Positions 52,828 through 64,000 of a DNA stretch of 64,000 nt are shown piece by piece. The stretch comes from Vicugna vicugna (Eukaryota). How positions within the stretch are numbered: the first letter of the stretch is position 1; each line of letters begins with the position of its first letter. The notes beneath the pieces are model-generated. The model was given only the letters and a program-made list of their open reading frames with translations. It had not been told where the DNA came from and ran no database searches. The stretch is from assembly GCA_013265495.1 (NCBI GenBank), contig MU058423.1:4758793-4822792 (forward strand), written 5' to 3'. A program made the translations under genes and the position numbers.

Positions 52828-55289
52828 CTGTTGTCATTTTCTTGTTGTTTCTGATCAATAACATGTACTTCTAGATTACTGAATTAACTGACAATTGTTT
52901 CATGTCATATGGAGAACATATTCTCAGTAAAGATGTGAAGACATTGTTCATTTTAATACCTGCATTTTGTCTACACATTTTCACAAGGTACTTAGGATGG
53001 ATTCAAGTCCCTTAAATAGGATAGTCACTACCAGATTTTTTTCTTTTTTTCCGATGAAATGTTTTTGCCACAGGCAAGCTTTTATCTTCTTCCTCGCTGT
53101 TACTTCGTATTTTCAGCATCTGACCTTCAGAGGTTGAGACATCTCCCAACATTCATTAGACCACATAAGGGCACTTAATCATGTAAACAGTGAACTCAGT
53201 CTCACTGCTAATCTTTTATCTAATGGCACATTTCTCAGCTGTGTACTTTGATGGTGATGAAAGGAAATACTTTTTATTATATTATTCCACAAGGCACACT
53301 CCAACTTGAGAACCCCAACCTACACTGGTTGTAATTATGATAATAATAATAAAAAAAACTTGTCTCTATTTTTTTTTTCTTGATTGCAAATACATTAGCA
53401 TTACTTTGGAATACAATGCCACTCCAATTTCACTCTTCTTTTTGGAATGTGTAATGTAGAAAAAAAAAAAGATGATGCACCTAGTAATATTTTATCCATG
53501 AAAGGACATTAGCGTTTCCTTTATGCTTTTGTTATGTTATGAGCTATGTTGGCGATAATGGATTACAGTGAAGCCGTCTTCACTGCGATTCATCAATCTT
53601 GGGGTGGGGTGGGGGCCACATTCTCTCTGCTATTAGTGATTGGTTTCTAAATAGCATGGCCTTTTGTGCCATGAAAAAAGAAGTTTTTAAGGCTTGAGAA
53701 TTACATAATAAGCAAGAAGACAGAAAATGTACTTATTGTCAGTGAGTAAATTCAGATGAACAAAAAAAGGATGTGGCATTGTTTAGGTTTCATCTCTTCT
53801 GGAGAGATGAGGAGTAGGATGGTTTCTCACCTCGTTGCACATCCACAGCCCTTTTACCTGTGGAATTATGAGACAACAAAAGCAGCCTGCGGTTTGGAAG
53901 ATTCCACATTTACAAGAGCAGCCAAAGGGAACTGTTTGATTTAAGCCGCTGATCTTAGGTCCCTGGCTCCACTTTGAAAAAAGAGGTTTAAATACAAATC
54001 TGATTTATAAATTATCCAGTTTAAATAATTGATAACTGACAAAGCAATTAAAACAGCTAGATTAGCTCTGATTTTAATATGTTAATCCCCCCAAACTTAA
54101 AGTGCTTTGATCATCACACATGATAGCCTCAGTCAGATACTAATGCTATTAATCGCTGTTATTTTAGCAAGCTTTTAAATTCTTCATATTATTCATTTTT
54201 TTCCCCATTCTATTAATGAGTCCTCTTATTAGCCTCATTTTTCTTTTTACTCTTTTTGCAAAGTTTAAAATGTCAGAGTTATAAACTACACACTTAAGAC
54301 CCCAAAGTGAGTCTTTTTCTAGTGAGTCTTTTCACCTTTTAGCTCTAAGATGACACCTAATATTTGAATTCTGGAAGATTAAGTTTCACTGATCTTCTCC
54401 AAGACAACAAATTAAACCTTCCTATCACTGCAGCTCATCTTTGGACAATTTCTCACTGTTTTGTCTTATATTAGGTTACAGTCCTATTCTTAAAGCAATG
54501 CCAGCAGTTATATGCCTCCTGCTTACTAGTTCGTTGAAGGGCTAGTAAAGGGAGAAATTAAACAGCTGGAAAGGGGAAGGATTGGACTATAATCACTGAA
54601 GGCTGCCTACCCACCCATATCTCTTTTGGTATCTGACCTCATTTTCGTAATCCCTTTGGGTTTCAACAAAATTTCTTGATTATTAATTGAAATACTGGGA
54701 TGATTATTATGTTAATTAGTCATTATTTTTAAAGAAACAAGTCTGTTCCCCTTAGGACTTCTAATGTATTCTTTTGAATAGATAATGTATGATTATGCAG
54801 TTTGTCTGATGAGAGAAATATATGAGATAGAAACCGTGGCCATCCTGATGAGGATTCCTACAGTTCTACCAAGCTGACCTTTTATGAGCCTTGTTAATTT
54901 TATTTAAGAAAGTACACATTCAACTCATCATTTACTCTTTGGGATGTTTCATTATACCTGAAAATTGGACCAGTAGCAAGTGAATTTAATAGATTGAACA
55001 ATTTTCTAACTGCATTTTGCATTTATACAAATTGAATCAAAGCAACCCAAATCCTTTCCTGAAAAAGTAAAAATTAAGTAAGCATTACTTCCTCCACACT
55101 CCCCAAAAAGGGTATTTAAAATTCCTCTTAAGATTACAGGAGAAATAGTTCTTTTTTCTTAAATTTATTGAGAGTGGGCCACTGAAAATGAAACATTTTA
55201 CCTTTGGATATTTAATGAGCAAATTATTTTTTTAATAATTAAAAAAATAAAGTATTAAAGTGATGACTCAGCCTCTTTAAGAGAGGGAA

Positions 55290-55530
55290 AGCTGGATGGT
55301 GGAGCGATTAAGGACTTTGGCTTTGCATCAAACTGACTGTGTCTGATCTGGGGTCCTTTGTTCCATTTGGATAAATTGTCTCATCTCTGTTTCTTTTTCT
55401 GTAAAATCAAGGTAATGAAAAGATGCACCTCCTTACGCATTTTGAGGATCAAATGAGATAGTCCATATGAGGCATTTGGAATACTGTCTGGCACAAAGCG
55501 AGCACCCATTAGGTTAGATGTGTTTATTAT
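55290..55530 (+). mobile_element. MIR
   Basis: ctgtaaaatcaaggtaat...tgaggatcaaatgagata...gtctggcaca. Confidence 0.75.
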
Positions 55531-56609
55531 TCATGATAACACAATTCACAGTCATACGCCGCCATTCCCAATCTGGTATCAGAAAATACAATATTCAGAA
55601 CAGATATCCTAATTAGCTAACTCCTCGTTCTGTTCTATGGAGATACAAGTTTATAAAATATAAAAGAAGGAAAAGCCACTGAATTTTTGCATTATACAAA
55701 TGGATTTCCGTTGTTTTTAATATATGACTCAATTTTATGACAAAAACCCAACTTGAGAGAAAACCTTTTCCGGAGTTGAACTGCTGTGTGGAGGTGGTAC
55801 ACCTCTTCTGAGAACGTATTGGTGTCGTTTTTTTTCGTTGTATTTGTGGTGATCGTTCTGCCAGGTTGAGGATAAACCTCCATGAAGAATTCAAGTGATT
55901 TGTTGGATATTTCAAGCTCCCGTTTTGTCTGTCTTTAAAACTGAATTAATTTGTTGTTCATTCTCCCTCTAAAATGAGAAGGCTGAAGGTTTGGAAGAAA
56001 ATTAATGGAGCAGGTTTTCTGGATCCAACCATGCTGTGTTCCCTTCTGTGTAAACACTCAGATGAGAGTCCCCACCTGCTGGGAACCACAGCATCTCTAA
56101 TTTCTTCTGTGTCATTCCTTGTGCCTAGAATTGTGTTTTCATACAATCATTAAAATAAAAACTTCTCACTGATTAAGCCGTATTTTCCTAAAGATAACTG
56201 TGACATTTTTATGAGTTCTTCCTTTTGAAAATGTTAATAATATCCAGATAGGAGGGTCTGAAAATTATACAGTTTCAAGAAGTTTATTTTGTGTAGTTTA
56301 TAAACTGAAAGAACACAGAAAGAAACATGTATAAAATTCTTTTGGAGCTAAATTTTTCAAGAAACATGAATTGCTTTGTGAATGACTATGATTGTCATAA
56401 TTTGATGAAGCAAATGATTTGTACTTTTGCACCATCTGCTTTCAGTAGGACTTGAAACTTGATATTTTTGACTCTGGTTTAAGGCTCTTCCAAGTCATCC
56501 ATAAAACACACACTGAGAAATCTTCAGAGCTCATGAGTTTAAACTTATATATATAAATTCCATCTCCTTCTGCCATTTTCTATGTTCTTGATGTCTTCAC
56601 GACCATTTC

Positions 56610-56810
56610 CACTATTACTTATTGAGCAGCTATATTGTAATAAATGTTTTAAGTATTTTCCTCATTTACTCCTCATGGTAAAACTTTGTGGTGAACATCA
56701 TTCTCATCTAGAAGATGCGGCTGGCTAAATAATTTGCCTGAGGTTGTATAGCTGCTAAGTGATGGAGCCAGGCTTCCCAACAAGACTTTCCGGTTACAGT
56801 GCAACGTGAC
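56610..56810 (-). mobile_element. MIR remnant
   Basis: taaataatttgcctgaggttgtatagctgctaagtgatggagccagg. Confidence 0.7.
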
Positions 56811-57404
56811 TATGGTTCTATGGTATGTTGAGAATACTATTTGTCACGGAAGACAGAGACAGGGCATACAGAACTACTACCCTCTCCACCTAAAGTATGA
56901 TGTTGGTGATATAACGGGGTGACCTCAGAGGGTTTTCATGGAGGCAATCGAAACATCCTAACCCAGGAGATGGCAATTGGGGTAAGTTTTGACAAATGAA
57001 TGTTCACCGGTAAATTGCTGGTTTCAGAAAAATTGTGCAAGTCATGGAAATGGGCAAAAGATACTGTTAGTTGTCCTTTAAGGGGAATGCTGAGTGATAT
57101 TTAGTGTTCGGGACTCTGCACCTTTAGTTAACTTCATATTGATTGTTTTCAAATCTGAAGGAATATGTGTTAACTTTTAGAAAACTGAGAGTCACATAAG
57201 TGATTCATATTCATAGGAATGAAAATATTTTTTCTAGTAAAGATAGAATGGATTTATATCCAGTAATGAAATATTCAAAACAATGATAACCCTAAACATT
57301 GTGTTTCATTGACCTATGTGACATGGGATGCTAACTGGTTTGAATATAGGCAAACTTATTTCAGCATTCCTAGGTAAATGTGTGTGTGTGGGCCCAGTGC
57401 CCAT

Positions 57405-57540
57405 TTGTATATATATATGGATATGGATAAATATAGATATTTCTCTCTCTGTAGATATATATATATATATATACACACATATCTCTACTGAGATATTTAT
57501 TTATATATTTCTAGATAGATATCTATATATCTGTATATCT
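57405..57540 (+). repeat. TA-rich low-complexity/microsatellite region
   Basis: Direct reading. Confidence 0.85.
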
Positions 57541-59721
57541 TTTCTTCCTATTTCCTTTTAGATGGTATTGACATTTTACTAGTTCTCTCATTAATTAATA
57601 AGTTTAATAAAATCTTTTCACAGGTTTTTATTTTATATTTACATAAGAGTCTTATTTTTAACTTTTTGAAAATTATAGTTTAGTAACTGGTATGGAAACT
57701 TTCATTAGAACAACCTCCTGGAACACAGAACAGCCTCATAAAATATTTTTCTGGAATCTAGGAGCTGTACATACAACTAAAACACAGGAGGTAAGAATAG
57801 GAAATGCATGAAGCAGGGGAGGCAAGCAAAGCCCCGTTCTCACAGGCCGTGAGCGCTGTGCCAAGTTACTGTATTCATCGTGTGGCTGTAACTGACAGGC
57901 TGAACTAAAGAGGCACAAAGGTCAAAATCAGAAAACAGCTAGATCCTTGTCTTTAATTAATGCCTTTGCAAGTCCACTTTGTTGGCACCCCTCAACCCGT
58001 GGGGTGCAATATAAGAAAAATCACAACACATTTTTCTGGATACTCTTAAGTAATAAATTTTGGTAAAGAGTATCAATTTAGTAATTAATATCCTGAGTCC
58101 CAGGTAAGAATCAAAATTTCCAATTTCCTCCAAGGCTTTCCCACACTGCAGCTTAGTAGCCTTGTTGCACAGTTGGGGAAGGTTGGGGCAAGGAAAACGG
58201 GGCCATGGTCATTTTCTCCTTATTTCCCCCACCCTAGATTCTGTGCTTCCGTTCCTCCTCTCCTACTTATCAGGTAGTATGTAGTGCCACTTGAATCTAG
58301 TTTGGGTGGTTCCATCCAGATGGTCAAGGGTTGGTATTCTCTTCCCTTGCTAAGTGGTTAAATCTACTCTTTCCCTTTTGAAGGCAATTTGGAGAAGCCT
58401 CCATCACTAGATTCTGTTTTACCTGCAGGTCCTTTAATACAGTAAGTCCAGTATGCTTTGAATAGGTACCACCATGAATTTAAAAGGTATGTGAAGTTCA
58501 CAAAGCACATAAACATGCCTAGTAAATGTTTATTGTTATAATTTTTCAAGTTTTGAAATACCCGTAACATGTGACTGCAGCCACAGAAGGGAAAAGGTAC
58601 CTGTTTGCAAAGCTCAATTTTCTGTTTCATACAGCCTTACCCATCTTAACAGTGATTCTGAACATAGTTTAAAAACAATAACAAGATACATATATGAATA
58701 CTGTTTTGAAAGATTCTAAGCATTTATATAAAAATTCTTTGCCAGATCACAACTACCTTCTGGCATAGTCATCTTGAGTTATTACATATTTTTGATTTTT
58801 TTTATTACCAAACTGGTTGGAATTAATTTTGTTTGCTCTTTTTTTTTCAGTTCCCAGGCATCAACCTAATTGATACTGTGTTTCTGCTTCAGTTGATTAG
58901 TTTTCCTGTTTATATGCAATTTGGGGTTTGAAGGGAAACAATGATAAGCAGATTGAGTGTCAGGAAGTTTATCAGCATATGGCTTTCCTGTCTAAATTGG
59001 ATGTGGAACGTAAAAATTCATTAAAACTCACCTTTGAAACCTACAAATAAACAGTTCAGAAAAATGTCTAATGAGACGGCAATAGAAGTTCTCCAAATAC
59101 AAGTTTAGCCATCACAGTCTTTATTAAAATAAACAAACCAATTGACACATTTTTTCTTTCTGGTAGGGGTAGAGGTATTACCTGCAAAATCCTGATTGCA
59201 AGAAATAGGTAGAATTCTTGCTTCTCTGTAAGGTGTTTTGTTTTATTTTGTTATCTTTCCTCACTCTTTATTCTTTGTTCCACAGCCTTCCCCAATCTTT
59301 GTTTCTGTTTCAACTCTCATCCCCACAACACTGGAAGCACATAGTGTGCAGGTATATTCATCTTCTATGTGGTTATTTTCAATGCCTTCAGAAATCCATA
59401 ATGATGACTTTTCTAATGTCTTGGCCTCTCAGTTACTTTATCTCCTAAATTCCAGTGACTCTGTTCAGCATTGCACTTCTGCAACCCACTAATGTCTTTC
59501 AGCTCGTTACCCAGCAAACAAATCACACAGCAAAGCAAAGGAAACCCAAGCACACCTTACCATTTTTCCAAACTTGAACCCTGAATTTTCTTTCTAAGGA
59601 ATTCAAAGAAATTTTATTACTTGCCCTTAACATTCCCTATTTCCCTATAATTGTAAAATATTATCCGGTCATAGCTGTTGAGTGATGCTGCAAAAAGCTT
59701 ATTTAAACGTGGTAAGACTCC

Positions 59722-59818
59722 ACCATGGGCAAAGGGAATAATGGAAATCTCTACATCCACTCAGTTTTGCTGTGAACCCGAAACGGCCCTAAAAAAATTA
59801 AAAATCTATTAAAAAGAA
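59722..59818 (+). mobile_element. Very short L1 (L1MC-like) 3' terminus
   Basis: ggaaatctcta...cagttttgctgtgaacccgaaac plus A-rich tail; 8-bp TSD aagactcc at 59714-59721 and 59819-59826. Confidence 0.8.
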
Positions 59819-60639
59819 AAGACTCCTTTATGTGGTCTCACCTCATATGAGCTCTTTAAAAACGGCTCAGCGGTCTCGGTGCACATACACCTGTGGTCCT
59901 TCTGAGGCTGCTACAGATCTTTCACATTGTCTCAAGGCTCTAAGCTACTTCATCGACCGATGGCCTTGATAGAAAACATGATGTATTGTGTCGCTGAAAA
60001 CCTTAAGACCAGCTGGCAATGGTTCCTTAACCTCACACTTCCCCATCTTTTCATGTTTCTCCACTTACTTTATTTTTTTTCTTCCAATGTCGAGATGAAG
60101 ACATAGCATTTCCCTACTGCAGGCCTTCTCTGTTCGTATGTTTATTCCATTGTTCCCTACATCCTCCTTAACCTACATGGTTTGACTGTTCTAACTGTTT
60201 TGGAATTTTCTTTCCTTCTATCTTTTTTCTTTCCTTCATACCTATCAATACACTTATTTATTCCATCTTAAATTGTAGAAAAAACCCAAAATACTTCTGT
60301 AGATGTTTCGACTCAGTAAACTCATTTGAAGGATTATGTTATCTCTCTGTCTCCCAACAGGAACATGCTACTGTGTTGTAGCTTTCATACTCACATTCAA
60401 TATTATTTCAGAATGAAGCATATGTTAGTATTATGACTCAATATAGCTCAAAGCAATGGGACAAAGTATCTTTTTATCAACTCCTGACTTTACCTGCTCT
60501 CAGGTTTGGAGTGAGGTGTGTAGGGCTTTGTAAATCATTCGTTTTTAAAATGGATTCACCTGAATCTTCAATTTAGGAAAATAGTTTCCAAATCTTTGTC
60601 CTGATATTTTGTATAATTTAGCATTATTTTTATAAGACC

Positions 60640-61120
60640 GGTTGAACATTCTCTTGAAATTTTCTCCTATCTTTCTAGATCTTCAGACATTTTATCAGCT
60701 CTGCATCTTCAGCCCCTTTGCCTCTTCTTTCCTTCTCTAAATTATCATATTTAGGTTCTGCCTAAATCCAGGCTTCTTCTATCTCCCTCCCCTTTCCTTT
60801 GGTGATCATAATAATTCTCACAATTTTAATCTCCCTCAGAGCAAAATGATCAACATATTTATACTTCAAACTATCTTGTCTTCTAGGATTTCTGAGATGC
60901 AGAGTGAGCTCAGTTGGATGGATCACCTCAAACTTAACATGTTCAAAGTGCCCCCATCCCCATCCTCCCCAGCACTGCCCCTCCTCCTGCCCTGTTTACC
61001 TCAGTTGATGGAAAAACCTTAGTATGCTGCCAAGGCAAGGATCTCCCAGGTTATCTTTGACTTTTCAACATGCTCCAAGTGCTATGTCCAACATCTTGCC
61101 AAGCTGCTGTGAGTTTTACC
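60640..61120 (+). mobile_element. L2 remnant
   Basis: cacctcaaacttaacatgttcaaa and ttatctttgac motifs. Confidence 0.65.
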
Positions 61121-62234
61121 TGAGAAAAACAATGTGGCTTTCCTCAAAAAGCTTTGAAGCTTTTAAAATTTCTGGTCAAATAGTTATATAGGTATTCTAG
61201 AACAGGATCTAGAAAGTAATCTTAAAATAACTTTATTTCCAGGACTTTATTAAGGTGTTAAAACATTTCAAGGAAACAACAGCAAAGAATTGTGTCCGTC
61301 TTGGTAGACGGCTCAGGAGTGACAGGCAGAACAATGAGACGTAACAGTTTTTAGCAACCTCCATAGAAAACAGCCCCAGTTCTGAACCCTGAATATTCAA
61401 GACTTACATCTCTGTAGTGGGGATGGATAAATTATGCTCTAAGGGCTCAATTACACCAGTAATCAATTTCACTTTACTAACTCTGCTTTGATTCCGTTTT
61501 CACCCAGCCACCTTCTGATTATTTTTTGGTTTCCTGTGTAGTTTTACCTGCAGATTCAGTTAAGGCATTTTTTTTTCTTCAGTCTAAATAATACTTCTAG
61601 ATTTCACTATAAATGAAAACATTGGCCTTCTGTCTTTATATTATGAGCCTGGTGAATGTTGGTACATTTCAGAGAGATTGGTCAACTTCCTTAATTTGCT
61701 TTTTATTGGAATACTAAATCTATGTATGATAATTGTATAGGTCCATGAGTTCAGACGCTGACAGTAGCCATGTATCCAGAATCCTGATCAAGAAACAGAA
61801 ATGATTAGCATCTCAAAACCCCCCTAGCCCAAGCCTTTGGAACCTCTTACCTCGGCCACTGAAACAGACGTCAGAGCAGTCTCCCTGTTTCTCTTCACTG
61901 CTACTTTCTAAATCATAATCAAGGAATCCCTCTGCTTCCCGACTGCCTAATTGCTAAGGTTCTTGGAAGTCCTTACCTACTTTTCCAGCTCCAAATCCCA
62001 CTCCTCTATCCAAAATAAGTAACTTTCAGGTACAGAGACTCATCAGGAAAGCAAAGCAACAGGGTTTACAACAGGATACAGGAACAGGAGCTGCCACCAA
62101 TAATTCTTGACCAATATTGCACTTAGGAATTATCAGAGATGCTCTAAAATATATACATACCTGGCCCAATTTATATTTTCACTGTGTTCTTCTATATCTG
62201 GGAACCAGTATGTCAGGAAATTATGTTAAGCTCT

Positions 62235-62970
62235 GCTTTCAAAATACATCCAGAACCCAACCACTCCTCAGAGCCTCCACCGTCAATACCTCAGCTATCA
62301 TCATGGCTCGTATGGGATACTGCAGTCATCTCCAGCCTTCAGTCTTTTAACTCAGTACCATAGTGATCCTGTTCAAATATGTAAGTCACATTTTACCTCT
62401 TTTTTGTTCTAAAAACCCTCCAGTAGCTTCCTATATCAGGGTATAATCCAAGGTCCTTCAGAGAGCTTCTAGCGCCCTAATCTGCACTGCCCAGCATGGT
62501 GGGCGTCTCCACACGTGGCTACTGAGCACTCCAGACACAGAGTCTGAATGGACATGTGTTGTAAGTGAAAAATACACACCACATTCCAAAGACTTTGTAC
62601 CAAAAAAGTTTAAATATATCAACATTTGTAATTGACTGAAGTTAAAATGACAACACTTTTCGTATATTGGATTAAATAACATTATTAAAATTAATTTCAC
62701 ATGTTCCATTTTTCACTTTGGTATGTGCCTTTGAAAATTTTTTTAATTACTTATGTGACTCACATTACATCTGCTGGACAGTGATGCTCAACACAATCTA
62801 AGCCTGACGGTCTTGCTGACCTGCTTCTTCCTCACTGTTTCTCAGCCTCCTGTCTTCCTCGCTCTTCTCCGAACTCACCAAGCATGTTCCTGCTGCAAGG
62901 CCTTTTGTGTCTTAATTTTCCTTCAGTCTGGGAGGCTCTTTTCCTAACAGTTCATGGAATCTTCCTCATT
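62235..62970 (+). mobile_element. L2 remnant interrupted by MER33
   Basis: ctttcaaaatacatccagaacccaaccactcctca; aagcatgttcctgctgcaaggcctt. Confidence 0.75.
62482..62786 (-). mobile_element. MER33-like non-autonomous hAT-Charlie DNA transposon
   Basis: Degenerate TIRs ctgcactgccca.../...tggacagtgatg; internal tgtaagtgaaaaatacacacc and attattaaaattaatttcac match MER33 as recalled. Confidence 0.8.
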
Positions 62971-64000
62971 TCCTTTAGGCCTTTTCTTTAGTGTTATCTT
63001 TTCTGTGAAAAATTCTGTGAGTACTTGATCTGAAATTGAAATCCACAGAACTTTGTATCTCTCTTCTCTGCTTCATTTTCCCCCCACAGTTCTTATCTTC
63101 ACTGAACGTAGATTTGTCTGAGAGAACAAACTGAATATTAGAGAATCTTTTTAAATTGAGCAAAATCTGATTTCTGTGGGCACACAATCGAAAGGTTGCA
63201 GCAAGCTTTACTCAAGGTTTAGACAAATAACAGGGGCTTTAAAACAAGGAGACGGTCTCTCCAGGACTTCGGAGCACATGAGTAGAAATGTAGGCATGAG
63301 TCAACACTCCAGAGTCCACATGAGTGTGCCTCTGATGTCCAGGAGGGGTGGTCACCGATAGCAGAATCCCAGATCTTCATCTCCTGATAAGGACAACTGC
63401 AAGAATGTCATGGCTACACGTATGGCCTAGGAAAGGCCCAGGCTGTTATAGGCAGAGATAATTACAGTGCAGATTGAAGCGGAACCCCAAGGTCTTTATT
63501 ATCAATGGACATGATTAATGGCAGGTTACTAAAAGTGAGAAGCAGTATCTGAGAGAGCAGGTTGATTTAGCAGTTAGTAATCTGGAGACCTCTACTCAAT
63601 GCTCATGACCTGCTTCCAACTCCAGAATAATGATCACATAGCAAACTAAGGAGACCATTCTTCTAGGATGCATACTTAAATGACTGTTTTTTTTTTTTTT
63701 GGCTGTCCAGCATACAACAGGCCAACTGATAATCTGTAGCTTCACACACCTCTTAGGTCACTACATAAGCCTCGGCACAGTAACTAGTTCACCAAATGTC
63801 TCATAAGCATAACAGTGTTGGCTTCTCCACCTCTATTCAAGCCCAGAAGGGTTTGCTGCTGTTAGCCATCAGTGTCCAAAAGCACTTAATTTTATCATAA
63901 AGTACATTGCATGCTTCCCTTGAAAGGGCGGTGTTGGTTACATTGTCCCCAGAAATACCTGGGAAAGAAAGTTCAGTTATCTCTGGTCATCTTTCAAGTT

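Noticed and set aside
54306..54333. Short tandem duplication agtgagtcttttt (similar ones near 2000, 40420, 48115)
   Set aside because: Routine slippage duplications with no further structure.
58039..58074. 9-bp inverted repeat gatactctt...aagagtatc
   Set aside because: Short AT-rich arms with an 18-nt spacer; expected by chance in 64 kb.

Overview
AT-rich mammalian genomic DNA. The young L1 3' ends look cetartiodactyl, most likely camelid; this is from recognition, not a database search. It is intronic or intergenic in character and made largely of degraded L1, L2, MIR, MaLR (MLT1), ERV1-LTR and hAT remnants, with one 404-N assembly gap. No multi-exon protein-coding gene can be identified with confidence. 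The stand-out element is a pristine, intronless RPL8 cDNA on the minus strand (4667-5412) that does not look like a normal processed pseudogene. It has no poly(A), lacks the last 16 codons and the 3'UTR, and is flanked by a perfect 83-bp direct repeat with junction microhomologies. Its ORF reads into the duplicated target, gaining a 15-aa hydrophobic tail, a stop codon and a plausible poly(A) signal. Other points of interest are candidate plus-strand microexons (27 nt at 10.8 kb; two tandem 9-nt units at 43.3-43.4 kb), a twin-primed inverted L1, a 236-bp tandem duplication near the gap, a 22-bp perfect palindrome and a 16-bp-stem hairpin. Repeat boundaries and subfamily names are by eye and approximate.
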